A stretch of 63,223 bases of DNA, filler included, from Neoconidiobolus thromboides FSU 785 (lineage: Eukaryota > Fungi > Entomophthoromycota), in NCBI GenBank assembly GCA_025603075.1. It is 10 parts of 10 records of this genome, joined end to end, with 100 filler letters (N's around TTAATTAATTAA, not from the genome) between each part and the next. Parts side by side here need not be neighbours in the genome. Positions count along the whole stretch, not along the records: positions 25,307 to 32,936 come from MU626701.1; positions 33,037 to 34,370 come from MU626992.1; positions 34,471 to 39,101 come from MU626775.1; 7 more parts are not named here. One strand, 5' to 3'. The notes beneath the pieces are model-generated. The model ran no database searches, had not been told where the DNA came from, and was given only the letters and a program-made list of their open reading frames with translations. The position numbers and the translations under genes were made by a program. Shown here in pieces: positions 25,810-37,412 of the stretch. How positions within the stretch are numbered: position 1 is the first letter of the stretch; each line of letters begins with the position of its first letter.

Positions 25810-27400
25810 AAGTAATTCACCTCTCAAAAAGCAACCATTTCTGATGAATAAATATAAAGGCTTGTTGGACCCCAAGTTTTTATATCAATATTTGTTGACG
25901 GAGCCTTTGGGCAGTAAATCATTACCACTAATAGAAGATAGAAATTCTTGCAATCCTTTATGCAGCAATGAATAGCAATATAGAAAGATAAAGTAAACTT
26001 AGATATAAAGAATCTGGCTTTGTCCATGAATGTGAAGAGTTTTGTGTTAGAAAAGGAATCATCGCCAATTTTGGGTTTATTAAATGAGTTGATGAAGGCT
26101 ATATAATGAAAACTATAGTTATAAGAGATTGTATATCATCAGCATTTATTACAAATGATCATTGATATGGTTATGGCACGAATGCTATTTATTGTATTTA
26201 GTATCCTCGCATAGCTAAAGAAGAGACTTATAGAGGGTTACCATACCATAGACTTAGTTTAAAGTAACATATTAGTAGGGGTTGTATAATAGCCAGATGT
26301 AATAATTTTTATTCTGAAATAGACCTTTACCTGAATTTAGTCTTTATCTGTAAGCAGAGGAAATAAGGAATCAGTATGTTCTTGATGGCACTGCTTCTAA
26401 AATAAAAGGTGATATTTATTTTAAATTAGGCAAAGGTCTTTTTCCTTTCCATCGTAATGAATACCACTCTATTGATAAAGATAGTACTCTTAAATCAATT
26501 AATCCAAACGATTTTGATACGATAAGAAAAAGACAAGAAAATATGTTTAAAGATAATTTAATGGTAGCACAAAGAATGATCGTGTGTAAAAAAGAGCCAT
26601 CAACTAGAGATTTATACACAAGCCCTTGTAAATCATAGCTATTTGAAATTAGCAACGTGAATGACAGATTTATCAAAGCTAAAACGTACGAAATAAAAGA
26701 ATTGCTACATCACAGCCAAGACATTGGTCAATATGTAGATTAACATTAGAAAATAGTTTCTTTAGATCTTTGTTTACCAACAGCTATTTACTGATGATTC
26801 CAGATTTTTGTAAAACCGATAACCAAAACACTCGTCAAGATAATTAGATATTAAAGAAGATCAACTCTAAGCTTTATATTTCAACCTTAGCCACTATTGA
26901 CCAATCTCGCACGAGATCAGTTTTTATTTCACTATTAAAAAACTAAAACATCAGATTTATTTTTTATATTTTGTTGATGTGAGTTTTGCTAATTGTCATT
27001 TAACAAAAACCTTTATTGATATTAAAATACTCAGATAAATTAGATTTACTTCTTGTTATATTAGCAGATTTTACCATTCTTCTATGGGCTTCATCTATCT
27101 ATTTTTAGGAACCTTTGAGTAAGCGAAAAGCTTACAGTAATTACTTTTGGAAAATATACTCTTGAATTTATTGGAGTTCTTTGTGTATGTAGTCATTTCA
27201 ACTCTAGTTAATTTTCTAACGACCTCAGCTACTCTCATTTCGGAAGTTTCTTCCATATATCTGGGTTAGTTTAGAAAACTTGACTCCAATTTTGTACAAA
27301 TTGGTTTTTAGTGAATATCAATTTAGCATCATACACTATAAAGATAGTTGTTTTTTGCTTTAAATAACTCATTAGAACATTTTTTTTGTCTAGTATTTAT
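25810..27400. other. Degraded coding-like relic of unknown origin (possibly a transposase)
   Basis: Less AT-rich than its flanks, with stop-riddled protein-like frames (e.g. ESGFVHECEEFCVRKGIIANFGF, YRGLPYHRL). No family was recognised. Confidence 0.25.
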
Positions 27401-27556
27401 ATATTCTAAAAAATTAGTACAAAAAATGGACAAAAAAAATAAAATTTTCTAATTTTATTCGAATTTAAATCAAATTTTTAAACTTACCTCCTATGTTAAT
27501 AAAGTTTATTTTAAAATTTCTATTGAGAAAACTAATCATTTTAAATCAAGCAACTA

Positions 27557-27702
27557 CACTAGAAGAGGCTTTAGGTAGTAGTTACCCTCAAAACTTAATT
27601 TAGTAAAGTTTTATCAATTTTTTTTCAATAAAAATAAATTTTCATGCTTTACTAAATACTAAATAAAGTTTTGAGAGTAACTATCTAAGACCTTTTCTAG
27701 TG
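27557..27702. mobile_element. 146-bp hairpin MITE with CACTAG...CTAGTG termini and TA flanks
   Basis: CACTAGAAGAGGCTTTAGGTAGTAGTTACCCTCAAAACTT pairs imperfectly with AAGTTTTGAGAGTAACTATCTAAGACCTTTTCTAGTG. An inner TTTAGTAAAG/CTTTACTAAA pair is also present, with TA on both sides. Confidence 0.65.
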
Positions 27703-27845
27703 TATAAACTCCCAATTAAAAATGAACAAATGAAAACCAAAAGCAATCCTAAGTTTTCGAATTTCAAGACTTAGAAATTTTAAAAAAAGCAAAAAAATCT
27801 TTTCACTTTTCATCTAACCAACATTTTACCCTATAGAAAACTAAT

Positions 27846-30032
27846 ATGAACCCGTTGATACGTCAACAAAAGGTATTAAAATGGATTCCAATAAGCTCCG
27901 CCATAAAAAAAACAATTCCGGGAAAATGGAAAGCTGATTTAAGATCAAGATATTTATATCAACCTGAAAAAGCAGTGATTTACATTAATAATGACAACAA
28001 TCAACAATTGAAAGTAATGAATTATTATCTATTAAAAAAAGATATTACTTCTGCAAGTTACAGTTTCATCAGTCTGCTGAGTACTGGAGATATAAATTGT
28101 ATGGATAAAGAGAGTTTTAAATTATATTTGAAATTATTAAATAAAAATTACAAATCAATCAGAAAGCAAATGAAAATGAAAGAATTCATCAAAGTTTTAA
28201 TTTATTATATAGAAAAAAATAATATATGGGAAGAATGTGAACAGGATATAAATTGTTTATTTAAAAAAGGTTATTTAAAAGGATCATTGTTATATATAGA
28301 GAAAATATGGATGGATTGTGATGGTGAAGAGAAGAAGTTTAAAGAAGAGGTGTTTAAGTATAATCAGTGGTTGAAATTATCGGCTATGGAATTTGGGTAT
28401 TTGTTGAGGACTTTGTATCAGAGAAAGGGGATAAAAAAGAATAAAGATCATATAGAATATAATAAGAAACATAATAATGTAGATGATAATATAAATAATA
28501 TGAATTATTCTACTTTGATTAGAGAAACAATTTTAGAATTAAGCCTAATATCACACCCTTATTTATTAAAGAGTATAATGAAAGAGATGATTAATATTAA
28601 CGAATTAAATCCAACCGAGCTATTATTAATTATTCAATATCATATTAAATTTAATGAAAATGAAAACGAAATTATTCAATTAATTGTATTGTTAGACAAA
28701 AAGGGACATAAAGATAGTGGATTAAATCAACAAATAGAAAATAGATTAATGAAGATATGTAATTCATTAGTAGAAAAAGGTAAAAGTCATTTATGTTTAT
28801 TTTTATTAAATCAAATATTACAAAAGCCAATGGTAAATCAATATAAAATTAAATTCATGAATAAACTATTATCTTTATTATTACAAATTAATGATAATAG
28901 TATAATATTAAAATATTATAATTTTATTAAATCTCAATATTCAAAAAATAATGAGAGTCAAATTCAATTTTTAATATTTTTGATTAAGTTTAATTTAAAT
29001 CATCCACAGAATACAATGTTAAATCAATATTGTTATTATGAGTTATTAAATCAACAAGAATTAGTATTTAGAAATGCAAAATTGTTGCAATTGACAATTT
29101 ACTATTTCTCAATAAAGAATCAAAATCAATTCGTAATTAAATATTTTAAAATGATTATGAAATATTTTGACAACTTATTAAATATTAATGAAAGTAGTAA
29201 TTCCAATATTAAAATGAGCAGTAATAATGAGGTATTTAATAATGATAACAATAATAATAAAGAAAAAGACCAAATAATATTAATATTAGCTACTTTATTA
29301 GATGCCACATCAAAACAATGTATAACTAAAAGATATTTTAATGAATTATTAAATTTAATATCGCAAAAAAAATTAGTATTAAATTCTAAAATTATATCGA
29401 TTGTTTTTAATTATTATTTGAAAACAAATCAATTAGACAAAATAGAACAATTATTAGAGATAATATTTAAAGAAAAGAAAGAGGGAGAAAATGAAAGAGA
29501 AAGTAAAAATGAGCTATTAAGTAATCATTTAATTTCAAACATATTTAAGTATATTGGTAGAAAATATCGTTCAAGTAATAAAATTATGGAATATTATAAT
29601 TTAATTAAAAGTCAACAACCAAATATTCAATTCAATTTAATTAATTGTATTATATTACTATCACAATTAAATCGAAGTTATTATTTGCCAAAAAAAATAA
29701 TTGATAATGAATTTAATTGGAATCAGCATTTAGATTATTATTTTAAATATAATTATTATACACACCAGTTTCATTTAGATAATATATTATTTAATTATAA
29801 TTTAATAATTAGTAATATTAGAAAAGAATTGATACAATTAGATAAAGTAAATACAGATAAAAGGTTAACTAATGAAGAAATTAAGAGTATAATAAATAAC
29901 AATAACAATAGTAATAATAAACTAATATTAATAAATAATAAAAATCAATTAGAAATTGAGAAATTAAAATATTTCAACTATCAATTTGAAGTAATTAATT
30001 ATTTATTTCAACAATTAGAAATTAAAATATAG
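27846..30032 (+). CDS. 728-aa helical-repeat protein, probably a mitochondrial PPR-like RNA-binding protein
   Basis: Intronless ORF with a basic, acid-poor N-terminus. PPR-like segments include NSKIISIVFNYYLKTNQLDKIEQLLEII and SNHLISNIFKYIGRKYRSSNKIMEYYNLIK. Confidence 0.55.
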   Translation: MNPLIRQQKVLKWIPISSAIKKTIPGKWKADLRSRYLYQPEKAVIYINNDNNQQLKVMNYYLLKKDITSASYSFISLLSTGDINCMDKESFKLYLKLLNKNYKSIRKQMKMKEFIKVLIYYIEKNNIWEECEQDINCLFKKGYLKGSLLYIEKIWMDCDGEEKKFKEEVFKYNQWLKLSAMEFGYLLRTLYQRKGIKKNKDHIEYNKKHNNVDDNINNMNYSTLIRETILELSLISHPYLLKSIMKEMININELNPTELLLIIQYHIKFNENENEIIQLIVLLDKKGHKDSGLNQQIENRLMKICNSLVEKGKSHLCLFLLNQILQKPMVNQYKIKFMNKLLSLLLQINDNSIILKYYNFIKSQYSKNNESQIQFLIFLIKFNLNHPQNTMLNQYCYYELLNQQELVFRNAKLLQLTIYYFSIKNQNQFVIKYFKMIMKYFDNLLNINESSNSNIKMSSNNEVFNNDNNNNKEKDQIILILATLLDATSKQCITKRYFNELLNLISQKKLVLNSKIISIVFNYYLKTNQLDKIEQLLEIIFKEKKEGENERESKNELLSNHLISNIFKYIGRKYRSSNKIMEYYNLIKSQQPNIQFNLINCIILLSQLNRSYYLPKKIIDNEFNWNQHLDYYFKYNYYTHQFHLDNILFNYNLIISNIRKELIQLDKVNTDKRLTNEEIKSIINNNNNSNNKLILINNKNQLEIEKLKYFNYQFEVINYLFQQLEIKI

Positions 30033-30140
30033 TTTAAATAATAACAAGAATAATAAATAAATAAATAAACATAATAGTTATTCCTACTTTTACTTTTACC
30101 TTTACCTTTTATTTAATATAATTTTTTTACACTCATTAAA

Positions 30141-32414
30141 TTATTTTTTATTAAAATTAGGTAAAAAATACATTAAAAATTCATTAACAATAGGTAATGT
30201 CTGTAAAAATTGTTGAAAACATTGACTATATAACTAAAAACAATTTCATTAATATAGAAATTAAATAATAAATAATAAATAATAAATAATACTTACTTTA
30301 TTTTCATCCTTTTTAATCCAATCTAAGCTTAACGGTTTTTTTAACTGTATTCCTTTCCTTTTTAAAAATATTAAAAATAAATTCATTGTAGCTAAGTGAT
30401 TAGCTAAAGGTAAACAATCATTAAAGTTTAAATCCTCAAATTGATTTTGAATAAATAAACTTAATTCATTAATTAACGAAAAATTCAATTCAAATATTGA
30501 ATTTTGTTTTAATAAAATTGAATGTTGTAAATTAATTCCTTTGAATTTATATAATGAATTACAATACAATATAATTATTGAATTTAATTGATTAATTGTA
30601 TTAATATCAATCGTTGTCATTGTTGTTGATGTATTGAGAGTGGTAGTTACTGGTGTATTGCTTTGAGATTGATTTAATAATTCATAACTTTTTTTAAAAT
30701 TAATTAAATATTTCAATATTAAATTAAATTCTGTTAATGAATTAGTAAAATAACATAATGAAAATATACAATTGCTTGGTATTTTTAATATTGGTATATT
30801 AAATTTGATATTTAATTTGGCTACTTGATTATTAAATAATAAGTATGCTAGATTTAGTCCATTGCTATTATTATTTACTAAAATATACTGAATCTGATAA
30901 TATTGTTCTACAAAATCAATAAATAATAAGTATTTATTAAATTGTAATTCATTATAACATAAATTCCATTGATTTAGTATATTATAAAATAGATACATTA
31001 ATTTAATTGAAAACAAATCACCATTAAATTGTGCTAATTTCATTAATGGCAATAAGATACATTCATAAAAATCTTTATAATCAATGTTACTAGATATTAA
31101 TTGAATTAATTGAAATATAATACTTTGGTATCTTTCTCCATCCCAAATTAACAAATAATGAGTGAGAAATGACAATATTGATGGAAGATATAAATTAGGG
31201 AAAAATTGGAGAAATTGGCAACAATTCATCAGAAACTCTTCCAATTGTAAGTCTTTTTTATATTGATTGCTATACACAATTTTTTCTTTTAATATCGAAT
31301 TAATAAACCAGTTAAATTTTATTATATAACCGGACATTTCATTTTGTTGTAGTTTAGCAATAATTTGCATTTTTGTATCCCATAATAATTGATTACTAAA
31401 TTTAATGTTTTCGATAGATTTCCAGTTCTTTATATTAACTTTCTTTACATCATAATAAATGTTCACTATTTTTTGTTTTTTGAATTGAGGTTGATTCATA
31501 CTACTATTATTCATGAAATATTGATTATTTTGATTTAACAATTCGCTACTAAAACTAATATTTTTTAATTGATTTTGATTTATTATAATTTTTCTTACAA
31601 TATTACTCCATTCTTGATTATTATTTTGAGCAAAGTCGCCTTTTTTATTAATATTAGATTTAATTAATATAACTGAATTAGGTGAATATCCTTTATAACA
31701 TTGTAATAAAGATTGAATACTTGAAGATAATGGGTATTTATTTTGTAACTCATATCTAATAATTAATAGTTAATAATATAAAAAAATAATCAAATATTAA
31801 ATAAATAATACTTACAGCATTCGAATTCTGAAAGGTTTCACATGATGCTCTTCCGTTAATAAATATAAATAATTAGCCATTAAATCTTGAATGGTATCAA
31901 AATTTAAATAATGAAATAATAAAGAATATAATTTTTTTAATTTGAATAAATTATCTATTAAATTTAATTCATTCATAATTGTTAAACTCCATTTTAATAA
32001 TAATACATTATTTAAGTCCATTTTATAATTTAGTTTACTTAAGATTTTGATGACTATTTCACTATCTAGTCGACAATTGGGGATCAATAATATTACTACT
32101 TTTCTAATAATCGAATGTTCTAAAATTAAATTGTTATTATAGTTGTTTCCTTTTATTATTATTGTTATTTACCTATATCATTACTTAAAATCCAATCAAT
32201 TATAGTATCTATTTGGTTATAGTTCAATCCATTATCAATTACATAATTATCCCAATGTTGAAGTAAATCATTAACTCTTTCTCTTTTAAAATGATTTAGA
32301 CTTCCTGTACCAACTGATAATAACAAGTCGTTGTTTTTATTTAATCATTTTTGTTTTTCTATACTAATAATTACCTTGTTGAATTTGGTCAATAATAGAA
32401 TCTATATCCGTCAT
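30141..32414 (-). CDS. CENPI: Centromere protein I (Mis6/Ctf3), multi-exon
   Basis: The exon MIPNCRLDSEIVIKILSKL...LLKWSL...YSLLFHYL...HVKPFRIRML and the FLTHYLLIWDG segment match CENP-I motifs. The inferred start is MTDIDSIIDQIQQ (ATG 32414). The last exon is 30141-30233, ending in TAA. Confidence 0.8.
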
Positions 32415-32442
32415 TTCAAATATCAGTTTTATTTTATAAAAG

Positions 32443-32936
32443 TAGCAAAACAAATTTAGAAATTTAACTTCCAAAAAATAAAAGGAGAAAAATAGTCAAT
32501 GTTTAAGTCAACCAATAATATCACATATAACATTCACAAAGAAATTACCACCATAACTTTAACTTATTTTTAAAATATTTCAACTTTAGTTTTATATACG
32601 ATAACATGTTTCGTCAACTTGATTCAGGAGCAGGACGTAATCAACAGATCAACTTACAATTGATAGACTATGAAAGAAATATATATGAACATAATTATCC
32701 AGCAGCAAGTTTGAATTTATCGATATTAAATAATACTTCCATATCATTAAATAAAAGTTATTATAGAGTAAGTATTATTTTTGTACTATTTTTTGTATTT
32801 GATCATTCAAAATAACAAATATATGTAAAAATATAAACATGTAAATATAAATATAAATATAAATATAAATATAAATATAAATATAAATATAAATATAAAT
32901 ATAAATATAAATATAAATATAAATATAAATATAAAT
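32443..32936 (+). repeat. Right arm of the 494-bp perfect inverted repeat
   Basis: Identical in reverse complement to 25307-25800 and ends in a 94-nt (AAATAT)n at the gap. Confidence 0.92.
32606..32767 (+). CDS. First exon (54 codons) of an unidentified gene divergent from CENP-I; continues beyond the gap
   Basis: MFRQLDSGAGRNQQINLQLIDYERNIYEHNYPAASLNLSILNNTSISLNKSYYR is followed by a phase-0 GTAAGT donor. The ATG is 191 bp from the CENP-I ATG. Confidence 0.5.
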
Positions 32937-33036
32937 NNNNNNNNNNNNNNNNNNNNNNNNNNNNNNNNNNNNNNNNNNNNTTAATTAATTAANNNNNNNN
33001 NNNNNNNNNNNNNNNNNNNNNNNNNNNNNNNNNNNN

Positions 33037-33390
33037 ATTTGGTATTTTTTACCAGCTGCATTAAGTATGTTCCAATAAAACTCATTATCTAAATTCAAAT
33101 ATGATAGCTTCAATGCATCTAAGTCGCCATTGCTTTCACTAGACCCGAATATCTTCTTGAAAAAATTCTCAACTGCGACTAAAACCATGACTAAAATAAC
33201 TATCACTTACAACTGTTTTTTTGCCTTTTTATATTTTTTTTCTGATATATACGATATCACCCTATACTCACTTTTGTTCCATTAAAACTGCTATTAAATT
33301 CCAGAACAATAAAATGGTCTTATATCAATCAAATAATAATAAACGGAACAGAACAATTAATTGCGAAATTTTAAGACCAATTACTCATAG
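33037..33390 (-). CDS. Possible 5' part of an unidentified gene, cut by the gap
   Basis: The open frame AVENFFKKIFGSSESNGDLDALKLSYLNLDNEFYWNILNAAGKKYQ runs into the gap. Upstream linkage needs very short introns (33179-33210, 33242-33271). Confidence 0.25.
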
Positions 33391-33557
33391 TAATATGCTT
33401 TTAGTTTAATATTTGAAAAAATTAATAAATTACCACTATAATTTAATTAATTGTATCTTCTGCCGTTACATCCTCGGTTTATTAAGCTACTCAAACTGGC
33501 TACAATATGAGTTTATTATGTTATATTGCATCCCTAGATTATCCTTAAAAATATGAC

Positions 33558-33664
33558 TATTGGGGATGTATTTTTGTGTTTAAGAATTTTACTAACAAAT
33601 TTTCCGCTCAAATAGCGCTTAAAAAATGGAAAAAATAATGAAGTCAAAAAAACACTCCCATTAT
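33558..33664 (-). mobile_element. ATAT-flanked MITE family copy
   Basis: Reverse orientation match. Confidence 0.8.
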
Positions 33665-34278
33665 ATTTTTAAAACATGTTAAAAGAACAAAAAATAAGCA
33701 ATCGTATTTAAAGTTGCGGCAAAATACCTAAGGTTCTTACATGAAGGTATGATTTTTAAAGCTCACTAAACAAAAACAAAATAGTTCACCAATATTTTTA
33801 TCTCACCTGGCCTGATTATGAGTAAAAGCTAGGCTAAGCCAACCGTATCAAGGTTTTAATGTGAATATTAAAACTATGATAGTTGGAAACTTAGAATATC
33901 ACATTAAAAGTCCTTTTTATTTTTATTCTTTAGTAATGCCATTGTAAAGTAAAGAAACACCGCTTTTAAGGAATATAAATTTATCGCTATTATAACAAAA
34001 TACCTACTACTTTATTTGGCAATTATATGCCTTCACCCTTTGACTGACATTTTATAGTTTTAACGAATATCTCAGTAATATAAATTATTTTTATAAACAT
34101 CTAAAAGGGTCAACTCTAAGGTTGTGACTAATAGTATCCTTTTTTAAGTTGATCCGAAAAAAAAGTAAGTATTATCCTTCAATTATCCTAACTAAATTAT
34201 TGTTAAAAAGTTTAGTTTTAGTACTCTAGTAATTTATACAAGTAATCATCTTATCAAATAATTATAAATGTAAAAAAT

Positions 34279-34370
34279 ATATGGGGATGTTCTTTTTGAT
34301 TTCATTACCTTTTCCATTTTTTAAGCGCTATTTGAGCGGAAAATTTGTTAGTAAAATTCTTAAACACAAA
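34279..34370 (+). mobile_element. ATAT-flanked MITE family copy, cut by gap
   Basis: Match to consensus up to contig end. Confidence 0.8.
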
Positions 34371-34470
34371 NNNNNNNNNNNNNNNNNNNNNNNNNNNNNN
34401 NNNNNNNNNNNNNNTTAATTAATTAANNNNNNNNNNNNNNNNNNNNNNNNNNNNNNNNNNNNNNNNNNNN

Positions 34471-34667
34471 AGCAAGGTATTCTGGCTTTTTGTTATCAAC
34501 ACCAAATTGAAAATTAGGGTCATAATCAATTTCAACACCACTTAATTTGGCAGAAATTAGAATTTTATTTGCTCTTTCATAGTTTGGTATACTATATAAA
34601 CGCTATAAAATAAAATATAAAATGAGTGAATTATTATTATATACAAACTTACTCCAATTGAACCCAT
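34471..34667 (-). CDS. EF1B-gamma-class glutathione S-transferase, 5' part (cut by gap)
   Basis: Exon 34653-34667 (MGSIG), intron 34603-34652, then RLYSIPNYERANKILISAKLSGVEIDYDPNFQFGVDNKKPEYLA, which is the EF1B-gamma GST-N pattern. Not in the supplied ORF track. Confidence 0.75.
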
Positions 34668-34974
34668 CTTAATTTAATATTTGTTTTTAATTTCTTAGAA
34701 GCTTTATTATTGCTTATATACTTTTTCAATTAATTTATTTGAAAATAAAGATGACATTTAATATTACTATTATTTTGATTTAACTGGTTTGGTAACTATA
34801 ATAGGTAAATCACTCTTATTAGCAGGTAAATTACTTTTAAGATCAACTATATAAAGTTGGATATTGCTGATAAGATAATAATTAAAGATGTCATAGTATG
34901 AATTTATGAATGAGCGTCAAATATAATTGATATTAAATAATATAATAAATTGTCAGTCTATTTTTAATTTATTT

Positions 34975-35794
34975 AATACTAGGCTTCAGGAGTATATTTA
35001 GGTCACTATTGGCATATCTAAATTCTCCAACAGCCTGAACAATTTGAGGTAACTTCAAGATACAATCAAAACAATTAGTAAGATTGATCAATTGATTATG
35101 ATCTTCTTTGATACAAAGCTTACTATATATAGTTCCAGTAACTAAAATATAAACATGTCAGTTATTAAGTTGATTTCCAACTAAACATTGTTTTCCATTT
35201 AGTTGGTTATCAAAGTAATCTAAGGCTCTATTAATACGGCTATATGCTCCTTTTTGTTTCTTTGTATCATATTGAGTAAAACCTAATATTAGAAAAAACG
35301 AACCAATATAGGAGTGCTTTTTTTTTACTTCATTATTTTTTCCATTTTTTAAGTACTATTTAAAGCGGAAAATTTGTTAGTAAAATTCTTAAACACAAAA
35401 ATACATCCTCAAATAGTAAGATCATTTGAGTTGAAACATAGAAAGGATATTGGAGTATATTGGCATACTTATTTTTATTAGCACTTAATAAAGTGTTATT
35501 TCTTTCTTAAGAAGCAATATAGAAACCAATATCATTAGATTTAGTTAATAAAAGACTATCTTTTGATTCAAAGGCAGGTGTTTGACCTAGAGGAAACTAA
35601 AATATTCTTCAGACTTGTTACTAACACCAAATTTAAAGTTAAAATCATAATCAATTTCAACATCACTGAGTTTAGAAGTACTTAATAGCTTATTTATTCT
35701 ACTACTATCTGCGGGGCCATATAAGCGGTATATAATAATAATAAATTACTGACTAATAAAAATATTCTAATAAACTCATTCCAATAGAAACTAT
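34975..35794 (-). pseudogene. EF1B-gamma-class GST pseudogene with MITE insertion
   Basis: ATG is changed to ATA and the GT donor is lost. It reads RLYGPADSSRINKLLSTSKLSDVEIDYDFNFKFGVSNKSEEY, then a frameshift, FPLGQTPAFESKD...IGFYIAS*, the MITE at 35306-35414, then GST-C-like LILGFTQYDTKKQKGAYSRINRALDYFDNQLNGKQCLVGNQL. Confidence 0.8.
35306..35414 (+). mobile_element. ATAT-flanked MITE family copy, inside GST pseudogene
   Basis: Match to consensus; splits GST-N from GST-C. Confidence 0.8.
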
Positions 35795-35843
35795 TTCAAC
35801 TATCACTTTTTTAAAAATATATTTGTCAAAACTTATTTTATCT

Positions 35844-35948
35844 ATATGGGGATGTTTTTTTTTGGTTTCGTTACTTTTTCCATCTTTTAGGTACTATCTA
35901 AAGGGAAAAATTGTTGGTAAAATTCTTAAACACAATACATCCTTATAT
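35844..35948 (+). mobile_element. ATAT-flanked MITE family copy
   Basis: ATAT both sides. Confidence 0.8.
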
Positions 35949-35959
35949 ATTTTATTATG

Positions 35960-36061
35960 ATTTGGAGGTTTTTTTTTGGCTTCATTTTTTTCCACCTTCC
36001 AAGTGCTATTTAAGCAGAAAAATTATTAATAAAACTCTTAAGCAAAAATATATCCCTATTT
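35960..36061 (+). mobile_element. ATAT-flanked MITE family copy (tandem to previous)
   Basis: Diverged match, ~11 bp after the previous copy. Confidence 0.75.
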
Positions 36062-36227
36062 ATTTCTTTTCGATAGTAATTAAAGATGAGGTTTAATTGA
36101 ATTTTATTAGTTTAGTATTTATAACCCTTGCATGTGTTAGACTTATTTATATATTTATGATATTTTATATATGATAAGTAGCTGCTCTTAATACTAAGTT
36201 ACATAATATACATATATTGTTTACAAT

Positions 36228-36333
36228 ATATGGAGATGTATTTTTGTATTTAAGAATTTTACCTATAAATTTTCCGCTCAAATAGTGCTTAAAAAATGGA
36301 AAAAGTAGCGGAGCCAAAAAAACATCTCCATAT
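36228..36333 (-). mobile_element. ATAT-flanked MITE family copy
   Basis: ATAT|GGAGATGT...ACATCTCC|ATAT. Confidence 0.85.
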
Positions 36334-36602
36334 ATTGACTGAAATATTGTTTATTAAAATTGTTTATTAAGCTAATTTGTATTATGCTAAACATTGACTA
36401 AAGTATAAAGCTTATAGCACGACGCAATACTAGCATTATAGCTTTTATTTGTATTGGTGTTTATAGTATATCTCTTATAAATAACACAGTTCATTTAATG
36501 GAGAATTGTCTTATAAGTTTTTTGAGATTTCAAGTATTTCAAACAAAATATTATTTTATATTTTAAATTGACGACTATTATTTAACTTTATAAATATAAT
36601 AA

Positions 36603-36706
36603 ATATGGGGATGTATTTTTGTGTTTAAGAATTTGATAGCAATTTTTCCACTCAAATAGCGCTTGGAAGGTGGAAAAAGTAATGAAGCCAAGAATATCCC
36701 CCATAT
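36603..36706 (-). mobile_element. ATAT-flanked MITE family copy
   Basis: ATAT both sides. Confidence 0.85.
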
Positions 36707-37412
36707 AATAAATAATTCAGATACTCAAACCAAAAAATTAATACTTTTTTAGTTTTAAAGTTATTAGACTAAATATATGCTTATTGCAACTAACTTTTAC
36801 CTCTTATTGTTTATTTTGTCAAGAGTTTATTGAACTTATAATTATTAACGATTTAAAGTATTCAGTAACGGACATTTTTAAGGAAATTAATTTATAAAAT
36901 ACATTTTTTATTTTATATACTTTTAATATAGTTAAGCTTATATTATTAATCATTTATTATCAATGAAAAAGTAAACTAGTTTATTTATTTTAAAAAGAAA
37001 ACATACTATTTATAAAAAAAGGGGGAATATTTATAATGAATCTAGTCGCTATAATTAAATAATTGAAATTAAAATATTTAACTTTAACCAATGATAATTG
37101 ACCATTTTTAACAATATGATCATTTTATAAGTGTGGCGGATATTTTTAGATTCTATTTTTAACGAATATTTACTCTTGAAACGTGAAAGTAATAAAAAAC
37201 CATTAAGAAGTAAAATTTTATGCAAAGAATTCAACTTTATTTTTAACCACCAAAAGGGGTCAAATTCAATATAATAATAATAAAATAAATAGATTTATTA
37301 AATAAAATAAAATCATTGGCTTAAATAAAGATATTCATGTATTTAAATCAAATATATTATAATTTCACTTCTTTTATTTTTTAATATTTTAATTTTTTTT
37401 GACTTTTAAATA

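Noticed and set aside
33179-33271. Ultra-short 30-32 nt introns as a splicing novelty
   Set aside because: Other introns measured here are 43 nt or longer, and the host gene is itself unsupported; needs RNA evidence.
33854-33909. Small hairpins (33854-33909, 40881-40903, 60317-60367)
   Set aside because: Single occurrences with short AT-rich stems and no TSD or recognisable RNA family.
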